The translations under genes were made by a program, and so were the position numbers. Below are positions 14,419 through 26,829 of a stretch of 64,000 nucleotides of DNA, piece after piece. The DNA lies in the NCBI GenBank assembly GCA_009914755.4, contig CP086569.2:6336001-6400000 (forward strand). The letters run 5' to 3'. Source of the stretch: the human T2T-CHM13v2.0 reference genome, Homo sapiens. The notes below the pieces were generated by a model. The model was not told the DNA's origin. It did not search any database and saw only the letters and a program-made list of their open reading frames with translations. Position 1 is the first letter of the stretch. Each line of letters begins with the position of its first letter.

Positions 14419-16119
14419 TCACCTTATTTCAGTTCCCAAGAGGAATGATTCCAGCTATTATCTATTCAGTATAATGTTGACTGTAAGTTTGACATAAATG
14501 GTTCATTATTGTCAGATATGTTCTTGCAATGCCTAGTCTGTTGAGGGTTTTTATCATGAAAAGTTTTTGGATTTTATATAAAGCTTTTTTGCATCTATTG
14601 AGATGGCCATATGTTTTATGCTTTTGTCTTTATGTGGTAAATTGCATTTTGATTTGTGAATATTGAAAAAATCATGCATCCTAGGAATAAAGCCTGCTTG
14701 GTCATGGTGAGTTAACTTTCTTATGTTCTGCTGATTTGATTTGTTAGTATTTTGTTGAGGATTTTTCCATCTATGTTCATCAGGGATATTTGCTTGAAGT
14801 TTCCTTTATTAGTCTTATCTCAGCCAGATTTTCGTATTAGGCTGATGCTGGATTTATATAATGAGTTAAGGAGGAGTCCCTCCTCCTTTATTTTTTTAAA
14901 TGATTGGTACTAGTTCTTCTATCTATGCCTGGTAGAATTTGACTGTGAATCCATGTGGTCCAGGGCTTTTTTGGGTTTATAGATTGTTTTTATCACAAGT
15001 TCAGTGTCAGAACTCTATACTGAACCCTATTCAGAGTTTCAATCGCATCCTGATTTGATCTTTGGAGATTGTATGTTTCCAGGACCTTTTCCATTTCCTC
15101 TAGATTTTCTAATTTGTATGCAAGGAGTTGTTTATAGTGTTATCTGAAGATCATTTTTATATTTCTGGTATGAGTTGTAATGTCATCTTTGTCATTTCTG
15201 AATGTACTTATTTGAATCTTCTCTCCTTTTCTTCTTTGTTTATCTAACAGTCTATCAATCTTACATTGTTTTTTGGAGAACCAACTCTTGGTTTAATTAT
15301 ATTTTGAATGGATTTTTGAATTTCAATTTCATTAGCTTATTTTCTAATTTTGGTTATTTCTTTCCTTCTGGAGCTTTGGGTTATTTTTTTTTTAATAGTT
15401 TCTTTAGGTGCAGAGTTATATTGTTAATTTGAGATCTTTTTAAGTTCTTGATGAAGGTATTGTAAACTTTGCCTTGATGAAGGGCTATAAATTTTTCTCT
15501 TAACACTGCTTCAGCTACACTCTAGAAATTTTGGTATGTTGTGTCCCTGTTTTCATTAATTTAAAGTAATTTTTAAATTTCTGCCTTAATTTTGATGTTC
15601 ACCTGGAAGTTATTCAGGAGCACGTTGTTTAATTTCCACTTATTTGTGCCATTTTAAGGTATATTTTTGATATTTATTTATATTGTCTTCGCACTGTGGT
15701 CCAAGAATGTGCTTGGTATAATTTTGATTTTTAAAACATGTATTGAGTCTTGCTTTATGAAGAAGCACTTAGGTAATCCTAGAATACTTCTGTGTGCAGA
15801 TGAGAAGAATGTACATTCTGTGGTTGTTGGGTGGAGTGTTCTGTAGATGTCTATTAGGTCCTATTGGTCAAGTATTAAGTCCAGAGCTTCTTTGTTAGTT
15901 TTCTGCCTCAATGATCTGTTTAATACTGTAAGTAGGATGTTCAAGTCTCCCATTATTGTGTGGTTATCTAGGTCTTTTGTTAGGCCTAAAGGAACTTATT
16001 TTATGAATCTTGGTGCTCCAAAGTTGGGTACATATATATTTATGAAAGTTAAGGTTTTTTGTTGGAGTCTACCCTTTATCATTATGTAATGCCCCTCCTT
16101 ATTGTGAATTTTTATTGAT

Positions 16120-16537
16120 TGATATGATTTGGGTTTGTGTACCTGCCCATATCTCATGTTGAATTGTAATCCCCAGTGGTGGAGGTGGGGCCTGGTGGGA
16201 GGTGGTTGAATTATGGTGGCAGTTTCTCATGAATGGTTTGGCAACATCACACTAGTACTATTCTCCTGATAGAGTTCTTACAAGATCTGGTTGTTTATAA
16301 GTGTGTAGCGCCTCCCTCTCTCTCTTTCTCTTGCTGCTCGGGTCATGTGAGATGCCAGCTCCGTCTTTGCCTTCTGCCATGATTGAAGTTTCCCGAGGCC
16401 TCCCCAGAAGCTGAGCTGATGCTGGAATTATTCTTCCTGTACAGACCGTGGAACCATGAGCCAATTAAACCCTCTTTTCTTTATAAATTACCCAGTCTCA
16501 GATATTTCTTCATAGCAATGCAAGAATGGACTAATAC
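16120..16537 (+). mobile_element. MaLR solo LTR, THE1/MST-type, inserted into L1 ORF2
   Basis: It starts tgatatgatttgggtttgtgtacctgcccatatctcatgttgaattgtaatcccc. It contains ccatgattgaagtttcccgaggcctccccag and ccatgagccaattaaaccctcttttctttataaattacccagtctcag, and ends ggactaataca. L1 ORF2 homology is contiguous across the insertion point (~aa 85|95). Confidence 0.8.
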
Positions 16538-17999
16538 ATTGGTTTAAAGTCTGCTTTATCTGATGTAAGAATAACAACTCCTCCTCTTTTTCATCTTTCA
16601 TTTCCATGGTAGATCTTTTTCATTCTTTTTACTTTGAGTCTGTGGGTGTCATTACATGTGGGATGGGTTTCTTTAAAACCACAAACAGTTGGATTTTGCT
16701 TCTTCATCCAGTCTGCCACTCTGTATTTTAAGCGGACATTTATCTCATTTACATTCAGGATTACTACTGATATGTGTGATTTTGATTCTGTCATTATGTT
16801 GTTTGCTGATTGTTGTGTATACTTGATTGTGTAGTTGCTTTATAGCACCTGTGTGCTATGGGCTTGAGTGTGATTTTGTGGTAGCAGGTGTCATTCTTTT
16901 GAATCCATGTTCAGCGCTCTCTTAAGGACAACTTGTAGGCCTTGTCTAGTTGAAATGTACTTTCTCTCAGTATTTGCTTGTCTGAGATGGGTTTTATTTC
17001 TCCATCACGTATGAAGCACATTTTGATAGAATATGAAATTTTTGGTTGGAATGTTTAAAAAAATGCTGAAAATAGGTCTCCCATCTCTTCTGCTGAGAGA
17101 TTTGCTGCATGCCTGATTGGGTTCCCTCTGTACTTCACTTGGTCCTCTCTATCTCTAGCTACCTTTAAGATTTTTTTTCTTTTGCATTGACATTGGTGAA
17201 TATGATGACTATGTGCCTTGGGTACAGTTATGTCATGTAGTTTCTATCTGAGGTTCTCTGTATTTCTTGGATTTACATGTCAACCTCTCTACGCATATTA
17301 GGAAAATTATCATGGATTGTATCCTTAAATATATTTTCCAAGTTGCTTATCCTCTGTCCTTGCCTCTCAAAAATGTTGATGTGTCATAGATTTGGTTTGT
17401 TTACATAATGACATGTTTCTTGGATATTTTGTTTATTTTTCTCAATTCATTTTTAAATTTTTTGTCTGAATGAGTTAATTTGAAGAATTGGTCTTTGAGC
17501 TCTGAGATTCTTTCCTCTACTTGGTCTAGTCTGCTGTTAGTACTTCCAATTGTGTTATGACATTTTTATAGGGAGTTTATCAGGTCTAGAAGTTCAATTA
17601 GGTTCTTTCTTACATGGCTATTTCATCTTTTAGGTTTTGGATGATTTTACTGGATTCTTTGGATTTCCTGGATGGAATTTCAAGTTTCTTCTGAATCTTG
17701 ATGAGTTTCCTTGACATCTAGGTTCTGAATTGTATATCTGTCATTTCAGACATTTCACACTGGTTAAAAAACATTTCTGGGAACTAGTGAACTTGTTTGG
17801 AGGTAAAGGAACATTGGCTTTTTGAATTGCCAGATTTCTTGCACTAATTATTTCTCATCTGAGAGGGTTGTTGTTCTTTTAACTGTGGTGTGACTTAAGT
17901 ATAGTCAGTTGGCTTCATTCCTAAATGCTTTCAGAGGGCTATAAATCTGTACCTGTGGGTGAATTATGGTGCTCGGTTTCACAGTTGCGTACGTTAGTA

Positions 18000-19160
18000 G
18001 GATACATTTTTGTTGTTGTCGTTTGGGCTGTGACCCAGTAGATGGCGCTTAAGAGTAATGGCCAGTACCTAGGTTAATACTCAACTGTGTAGGTTTTTTG
18101 TACATGCTTGAATTCACAGGCAAGCTCTGCGGTGAGTTTGACGGAAGAAGTGGCCCCCTCACGCGGTTCACTCCTGGGCCTTAAAAGAGCATCTTCGATT
18201 GCTAGCACTGCATCTGCATTACTTTGTTAGGTGTACTAGGCCACGGGGCCCCCTCCGACAGAGGCTGTGGCAGAGAGATATGCCACACACTCTGTGGACC
18301 AGCTCTGCGGAAAGAGGCATGCCCTGCTCCCACTCCAGGTCAGGAACCTGCATGTCTCATCCCTCTCAGTGCTCTGAGGGCGAAGGCTCCTCTCCCATTT
18401 GAGGGTCGGCCACAGGTCTTGACTCCACACTCGTGTGCTGAAGTCCAGAATGTCCGTGGCTCAGGTTGAGGTTTTGGCTACCCTGGGAGATCCGATATGC
18501 TCCTGGGTCACCTGGAAATTACTCAGGTTCAGCAATGCACTTAGGTTGCGCTGTGGTGGCTGCACTGTGCATCCAATCCTGCAGGATGGCTTGGCATAGA
18601 CTCAGAAGGACTGGCAGGCAGGAGGGCTTGCAGAGCAGATATGCTCCAGTCCCATGCGGAAGTTGGCTCTGCACTTTCCTGACTCAGAGGTCAGCTGGGG
18701 CCCGTGCCTCCCTGAGGGTGATGGGGAGCCCTGGAGATGGGCATGTATGGCTTCGCTCCACTGGAGCTTCCCAGGATTGAAGCTCCTGGGCTCTGTGCTG
18801 TTTTCTAAAAGTCCTGTCTTTTCTCACTGCCTGGGGAGATCCCCCTGCCAGGTTGCAGGTTCATGGGAAATGCAGGGTCTCCTACAGCTGAGATACCAGA
18901 GAACCACAATAAGAATGAGTTGTCCCTAAGTTCCCTCCCTCATCTCTTTCCCAAAAGCCATTCAAGACTAGAAACTAGCTCTGGCATTCAGGTTCCCTGT
19001 GCAAGTTTCCCAGTTTTTTCTCTCTTCAGCCTCATCATCAGCATTGGCTCTCCATCCACTCTCAGCAAATTATCCTGGTTTGTTGGATAATTTGAGCTCT
19101 CTCAATGGAAGTGGTGCTTCCTGGCAGCATCTAGTCAGCCAACTTGTCCTCTTTCTCATT
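18000..19160 (-). promoter_or_regulatory. L1 5'UTR (internal sense promoter and antisense promoter region), the only GC-rich, CpG-containing block in the window
   Basis: GC-rich sequence lies immediately 5' of the L1 ORF1 region on the minus strand. The ORF-track ORFs at 18199-19277 are spurious read-through of this UTR. Confidence 0.5.
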
Positions 19161-20085
19161 CTCTACTGTTTTAAAAGGGAAAGCACTGTGTATGTGTATA
19201 TAATGGTAGAATGTATGATACGAATGTCAAAGTCATTATATCCTAATTGCATGTTTTTCCATGAAGTATATGTCTAGGTCATTAGCTGAGGTAGGTGATT
19301 CTGACTAAGACTTTGAGAAGAAAAAATAAGGGTTAAAATACCTGTCTTTGAGAAAAGGAAATGAAATTTTTAGAGAAGTGTAGTAAAAATTTTGTCAGTG
19401 TTGATTATTCACTTGATAAACTATGTCATAACTTTTCAGCAAATCCAATCAACATGGTTTTGTGAGTTTTCTCCAACATCATCCAGATATTTTGTACACC
19501 ATGGAGTTAACAGTAAACTATATTGATCTAAAAAGGTTGAAACCCAATAGCCAAAGATAGAACCATGAGATTGTGTAGCTGAATTGAGGTGGATGATAAA
19601 AACATTAGTCATGAGACAAAAGAAGCTAGCCTGATGAAGAATCAGAAGCTAGCATCTTGAGTTTCTTGTCTATATGGATAAAGAAGTTTTTAGGAATGAT
19701 GATGAAGTGAGCTACCGTAAAATAAGTATTAAATTAAATATTGTATGAATTAAATATTGTGTCTAGGTTGATACATGTCAGCGACATGGAGCACTTGCAA
19801 GTAGTAAAATCCGATGATATATTTGAAAGGAACTTGTTTTTGTATAAAAGGAAGACAGTCTGGAAGTGGTGGGAAGTAAGGAAGCCGCTTATCTATCACC
19901 AGGCTCTGGCATGATGCAGATGGGGAGGATGCTGTGCTTGAGAGAGCTTTAGAAAAAGCTGTATCTTTTTGAGTGAAATAAAGTGAAAGGCGTATTCAAG
20001 GTACAGTTGGAATATGTAGAAATGTTTGCTGTTGATCACTTTTGAGCTCCAGAAAGACAACTACAACATTTAGTAAAGGTGGTGA

Positions 20086-20137
20086 AGTGTGTGCTTGTGT
20101 GTGTGTGTGTGTGTTTGTGTGTATGTGTGTCTGTGTG
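20086..20137. repeat. (GT)n imperfect microsatellite
   Basis: gtgtgtgcttgtgtgtgtgtgtgtgtgtttgtgtgtatgtgtgtctgtgtg. Confidence 0.9.
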
Positions 20138-20532
20138 CTATAGTGGGGAAAGCGAATGAGGTCAGATTTGAGGATTTATAGACAACTATGGGACTGAGTG
20201 TTTATAGAAGGATGTATTGCTCAGTGATGCGCGGTGACACTAGACTTGAAAGTAGGAACAAGCAGAATATGAATATGTTTCGGTGGCAGCTGGAAACACT
20301 GGAAGTTTGACTTATTTTCTATTCTAAGTTTCACTGCCTACAGATAGGCTAAGGATGTATAAGGATGTATCTTTTGATCCATTAAAGCTGATCCATGGAG
20401 CAAAAATTCTGGATATAATGCTTCAGTGAAGAATCTGCATTTTGAAACACTCCTCAGGTGATACAGATGTTCAGTAACGTTTGAGAGAGACTGGTTTAGT
20501 AAAAATTTATAGAAGACTTACCACAATAATTA

Positions 20533-20642
20533 TTTATATTTATATATTTATATATATGTGTGTATATATATATATTTATATATATGTGTGTATATATATA
20601 TATTTATATATATGTGTGTATATATATATATACATTTATATA
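20533..20642. repeat. ~32-bp minisatellite, about 3.5 copies of tatatatgtgtgtatatatatatatttata
   Basis: Directly visible tandem copies. The ORF at 20481-20663 is a translation of this repeat. Confidence 0.9.
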
Positions 20643-22588
20643 CTATTTGAAAATAGAATGTGAATCATATATAAATAACCTTCTTATAATGATTGAGGGT
20701 ACTTAAAGCAATAAACTCTTGAGCATTTTATGCATTAGTTTTATAATTATTTTTATTTAATTAATGTGCATACTCCTTGAAGAAAAGAATTGCTAAGCAA
20801 AGGTAAACTAGGAATTACCTTCTATTCAATTATCATGAATGTTTAATTAAAAGAGTTTAAATTAATTGTGTTACATTATTTACTTGTGTATGTAATTAAT
20901 CTACATTTAGAATTTATTATTAAATGTTTGGGAAAGCAGTATCAAAATTCTTGAATGTATATGATTTTGAAAAAGTCTTGTATAATTGCTCCTATTTGAA
21001 ATATTATTACAATGCAAAAGTTTGTTATTTATAGCTATAATTTAATTCTAATGCTTATCTGCCAATACCTCTATGTTGGTGATACAATAACTAACATGTA
21101 TTACAGGCTTAGTAGATTCCAGGTGTCAATGTATGTACTAATAAACCTATTCATCACAACCACCTTATGAGTCAGTTACTAGTTTTTGTCTGTTTTAAGC
21201 TCTCAGAGAAACTGAAGTATATGTTTGTTAAATAATTTGATCAAGGTCTCCCATTTAGTAAGTGGCAGGGCAGAGACCCCAAAATAAGTAGTTAGATTCC
21301 AAGCCTGAACTGTTAATTACTGTATTCTATAGCTTCCTAAAACTACTGCTCAAAGGGCAGTGGTAGACAATTTGTGATGAATAGATCTTTAAAATTTAGG
21401 TGGTTCAATATTTTATGTTGGTTTATTTAGGTGGTTCAATATTCAGAGGAAAATGTAATTATGACTTACCCATTGAAAAGCTATAAAAATTCCATGCAAT
21501 ACCTATTTTCTTGCAGCAAAAAGCAGGACATAATAGTGAAATAAACAGAGTCAGTGAAAGTGTAATTTTAATCTTCGGCCACTCACCAAAATTGACACAC
21601 AACAATTTAAAAAAAAAATGTGACATCCTTGCATTTCTAACTTAAATTGGTGTTTTCCAAATTTCCCACGTGGATATCTTGATACAATACATATTCCTAA
21701 GAACATCCACTGGGGTTTCTGGTTCATTCGGTCCAAACTTGTAAGTAAGAAATATTTATTTTAAACAAACACCCTACTTGATTTTTATGATCTGGGAAGC
21801 AATGGCCTGAACTCTAGATTAAATTGTTTTGGAGTTGTAAAGTATGATCTAAGAATATACAAGCACATCTCTTTGTTAAACCAAAACGACATTTGATTAA
21901 AAAGATTTTTGAAAATTGAAGCATGATTTTAAATTCTGAGACAGCAATGATTTATCTTGCTGCTGATTTTTTTCTAGAAAAGTACACTTTTGTTATAGCC
22001 ATTACCCCTTCACCCTTGCCTTCTTATTTATTTGTATTTTTTAATTTAATATAAAATTTTGTTGACACTACTTCTACACTTCAATTCAGAAGAGTTATAT
22101 TTCACAATACCTTAGAACAAGGATTCAGCTTAGGATCAGACAAGTACACATCATGTAAAAATTGTAATATTATTGTGAATCAGCGTCATTCTCTGTATCT
22201 CCAACTTCACACATAGTATCAGAACATGGAAGCAAAATGCTGAATAGAAAAAAATAGAAAATTAATATTAATATGGGAATCTAGGAAAGGACTAAATTTG
22301 TTGCTTGAGATTTAAAATACTGTAGAATTCTGGTTTTGTGCTCACATATTTGTTTGCAACTTTATTTGTCGTTCATTTCTTGAAGAAGGAAGGTAATTTT
22401 TTAAATGAGGTATTTTCCAAAGTCGTCTTCAGTGTGACTACTGTGGGCATCTTTTAGCCCCCTCAATGGTAGAAAACAGAGAATTACTGAACAAAAAGTA
22501 ACCCACAAAGCTGATTTCCCTGCTATGATAATTCATAGTAATCCACTGAGTGATTGAAACTGTATATTCTGCTTGCTGAAATTAATGT

Positions 22589-22890
22589 GTTTTGTTTGTT
22601 TGTTTGTTTGATTTTAAGACAGGGTTTCATTCTATTGCTCAGGCTGGAGTACAGTGGTATGGTCATAACTCACTGTAACCTTGAACTTCTGGGCTCAAGC
22701 AATCCTCCCACATCAACTTCCCAAGTAGCAAGGACTACTGTTGCATATTACCACACCCAACTAAATTCTTTTTCATTTTCTGTAGAGATGAGGTCTCACA
22801 ATGTTGCCCAGGATGATCTCAAACTCCTGGCCTCAAGCAACCCCCCAACTTCCGCCTCCCAAAGAGGTGGGATTACAGGCATGAGTCATG
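22589..22890 (-). mobile_element. Alu SINE (older, AluJ/S-like), minus strand
   Basis: (TTTG)n tail at the left, then agacagggtttcattctattgctcaggctggagtacagtgg ... cctcccaaagaggtgggattacaggcatgag. The ORF at 22554-23027 is Alu read-through. Confidence 0.9.
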
Positions 22891-23901
22891 TTTTAACATC
22901 TAGAAGAGGATTGTCAGGAATAAATTCAGAATACCCATATTACCTATTTCCAGTACCAATCTCTGAATTTTTTTTAGTTAATAAGCACTTTCTCTTCTTC
23001 TGTTTCATATCCTTGGAATTTGTTTAATTTATGCTTTCTTTCTAATTTCCCAACCCTAGATTTTCTCTATCCTGCAAAGTCATCAAGACTCTTACTTTGC
23101 TAGTTCTAAATTGTGGTAGAACATAGAATAATGGAAGTAAAACCATGTGTTTTCAATTGTAGCACACATACATTGATGGCCTATTTGTGTAAAAATATGG
23201 ATTCTTTCTTTATTTATTTTCTTTATTACTGACATGACCTGGCATCTCCTGCTTTCAATTTGTCCTGAGAATTTGTATACATAGATCTTACATTCAATAA
23301 GATATTGGTTTCTAAAGACAGAAGAAAATTAAGACAACCTTCAGTCCAAATCAAGAAAAATGAAGAATAAGAAGTCCATATAAATAAAGATCCACAATCT
23401 CCTGGGTACAATGACATTTTTAGAACAAGCACAGATACCTAATTTCTGTTCTCTACATTATGAAGAAAGAAAGGCTAAAGAAATTAAAACCCAAAGAAAA
23501 TCATTTCCCAGACACAGAGTAGTTTATCAACCACATGCTCTGAATTTAAAGTAATTTCTACTAGATAAATTTCTGAAGAGACTAGTTTAAAAGGAAACAC
23601 AAAGTGTTAACTCCCAATTAAGTGAGGCAATGCCAAAAATAAATTGCAAGGACATAGGATATTAGGCAAAAATTATGAAATGAGACAAAAATCTATGACA
23701 TTATAGTGATATTTTTCAAAAAGAAATGATGTCTGTGAGCATCTAGTCAGCAAAAAATGCAACCACCATCACGTCACTGTTCTTTTTATTTTCTCTCAAA
23801 TTTCATTTTAAAAAATGTCAAATGTACAGAAAATAGAGTACTTCTCTACCCATCCACTAAATTGAATGATTATGAATGTTTTACCCTACTACATTTCTGT
23901 A

Positions 23902-23936
23902 TGTGTGTGTGTATACACACACACACATATATACAC
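23902..23936. repeat. (GT)n(CA)n microsatellite
   Basis: tgtgtgtgtgtatacacacacacacatatatacac. Confidence 0.9.
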
Positions 23937-25593
23937 CTGACATTTACATTTCATATCCTGAGCCATTTAAGTTGCAGGAATCTTAAAAAATTTACCCCTA
24001 AATATTTCCAGATGCATCTTCTAAGAAAGGAGACATTTTGTTATATGACCACAATGCTGTTATTACCAATTAAATAGAATTACCTAATATGATCTAGTGT
24101 CTACCCATATTTAAGTGTCCCCAGTTGTCCTCAATTTCAAAACATCTGGGATTTTTTAAGTATTCGTTTTTGGGGGCTAAGATCTAATAACATTTGCCCA
24201 TTGTATTTGGTTGTTATGTCTCTTTAGACAGTTTTAATCCAGAAAGTTTTCCAATCCTTTTGTTCTCTCATAACATTGACTTTTTGAGGAATTCAGGTCA
24301 GTTTTCTTGTAGAATGCTACATATTCGAGAACTATCTATCTTCTTGAGGTATTATATAATTTGTTTCTCTATTTCCTGAATTTAACTATGTATCTCTAAA
24401 TAAAGCAAAAATCAACTTCATTTTTATCACATTAAATAGAAGAAAATAAATGGTATAATAAACATTTCGAATGAAAATTATGTGACTAAAAGACTTTCTG
24501 TATATTTAAGTACATATTCATGTATGAGACGACAAGAAGATATTCTCAGGAGTGTAATATTCAAAAATAATATGAACATTGAGTTCAGAAGTCATGGCAT
24601 AAAAGGACTGCTGTAAAACTTTTCAACAAGTACTGACTTTTAAAATCTTATAAATATGTTTGCAAAGTAATGCAAAAATGAAGTAATTTATGACAGAACA
24701 CCTCTGCAGCTTAGAAAGACAAAATGGTGTGGAGAGATTCACATCATAAACATTTTTCCAGGAATCAATGCAGGAACTTAACAGGAAAACTGAAAGATAC
24801 CACACACTTTTATGAAAGAGGTGGTGGGCTGCAGCCTACACCATGAGCCAAGCTGAAAAAACATGTGGAAAAAGAAAGGAAAGTGAAGCAGTGACCTAGA
24901 CAATAGAAATTTTTTGGCCTGACCTATTTCATTAGATGATTATATTGACGTTAATAAAATGTTTTATGATAATAGTCATTTTATCTTAAATATTCTCCGT
25001 TACCGACACGCACAAACCATAAACACACATTATGGATCTGCAGTGATTACAACTTGCTGGTGAAGAATCTACATGTTTATAATATCTGTCTTAGTTATAC
25101 TTATATTGCATGCCATTATTTTGTAGAATTATTGCTACCACTATCATATAGTCTTGTTTTGGCCAAGTATGTTAATAATATGTTAATAATTGAAATAATA
25201 AATAATGTTTTTAATTTGTGTAGACTAATTTTACAAGACTTGAATCCATATCTATGCTACTATGATTATATGAAAATTAGATATATCTGCTATAATTTTT
25301 TCATAAAACTTAACTAAAGAATGTTAGCTAGGCAAGTGATATTATATACATATCACAAGGACATGTGAAAACCCATGATAAATTCATTAAAAAGCAAAAA
25401 GAAAATTATATATGTTTCATTATAATTTTAATAAAATAAGTGTTACTATAAGCTATATTAAAATCATATTTTTTGGGAACTTGCCATGAATTCTTTTATA
25501 AATGAAGTTCCATTGGAAGATGGTGTGTCATTATGTAGCCTATATTGATCACCTTTATAACTAAAGTTTTGGAGAAATTGTCTTTGTGTATAA

Positions 25594-26390
25594 TTTTTTA
25601 TTGTGGTAAAAATTGCACAACGTGAAATCTAATCCCTTAACAAATTTTTAAGTATACAGTACAGTGTTGTTAACGATATCCAGATTTCTGTACAGAAGAT
25701 TTCTTGAATTTTTCATTTTGCTTGAAGGAAACTCTATATTCATTGAATGGCAACATCCCATTTCTTCATCTCCCCACTGTCTAGCAAACATCATTTTATT
25801 TCCTCTGCTTCCATGAGTTTGATTATTTTGGTGATACGTATAAATAGAGTTGTGGAGTATTTGTCTTTCTGTGACTAGTTGATTTCACTTAGCATAATGT
25901 TCTGAAGGTTCATCTATGTTGTAGCATGTGACAGGATTTCCTTCTTTTTTAAGGATGAATTATATTTTGTTGTAGTGTATGTTACATTTTCTCTATCAGT
26001 TCGTTCATCAATGGACAGATAAGTTGTTTCCACTTCTTGGTTATTCTTAATCATGATGTAATAAACACAGAAGTACAAATATATGATATCCTGACTTCAA
26101 TTCCTTTGAATAAATATCCAGAAATAAAATTGCTGGCTCATATGGTAATTTTATTTTCAATTATTTTAGGAACTTCTATACTGTATTTCATGGTGGCTGC
26201 ACCATTTTACATTCCCATCAACATATACAAGGTTTCCAATATCTCCACTATTTATTTATTTATTTAATTTATATAATGGCCATCCTAACAGGTGTTAGGT
26301 GATATTTAATTGGGCTTTTTATTTGCATTTTCCTGATGATTTGTAAATTGGAAAAATATGATGCTGACATGACATGTGCTTTTGGCTAAG
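25594..26390 (-). mobile_element. Old L1 (L1M-like) 3' end, antisense orientation
   Basis: ttttttattgtggtaaaaattgcacaacgtgaaatc... is followed by a stretch similar to antisense L1 3'UTR/ORF2 C-terminus, e.g. gctggctcatatggtaattttattttcaattattttaggaac...ggtggctgcaccattttacattcccatcaacat. Confidence 0.75.
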
Positions 26391-26829
26391 GATATGAAAA
26401 TGGAACAGAGAAGAGGGGTGCATACAGTGACCAAACCATTTTTCCCTGTGAAAATTATAATGGTAAAATGTGTGTCTTATTCAGTATACAATGTTTGATT
26501 TAAACTGCAATTATGTTGCTTTCTGACTTAGAATATGATAACCTTTTTAGATTTGTACAAATTTTTAATCTCAATCAACAGAAAATATTATTATGCCTGT
26601 CCTAAAATATATATAAACACATATGTAGATACATGATGGTCATCAAAGTCACATGCAATTATTGCATTTATGCACAAACTAAAGACATTTGCCAAGTATT
26701 AAAAGGTAATATCAAATGACACAGTACATTATGCTAAATTCTAAAACACCTTAACATAAATTGACCACATATCTTTATGCAATTTAAATTGATGAGATAA
26801 TATTTTTAATCAAGTCCAATTTTATTATT

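Noticed and set aside
18199-19277. Cluster of overlapping 60-100 aa ORFs in the only GC-rich block; possible CpG-island gene start
   Set aside because: The block is the 5'UTR of the minus-strand L1 (ORF1/ORF2 follow immediately). The ORFs are on both strands, overlap each other and have no coding signature.
20533-20642. Regular ~32-bp tandem repeat; considered a CRISPR-like array
   Set aside because: The units are AT/GT low-complexity with no unique spacers, there is no leader or cas context, and the host is a primate genome. It is a minisatellite.
21396-21450. Local direct duplication of ttaggtggttcaatatt
   Set aside because: It is a single ~17-bp duplication 30 bp apart, most simply a small slippage or duplication event. 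There are no flanking element features.
22554-23027. 157-aa ORF (one of the longest in the track)
   Set aside because: The translation ...LEYSGMVITHCNLELLGSSNPPTSTSQVARTT... is the classic reading of an antisense Alu. The ORF simply spans the Alu at 22589-22890.
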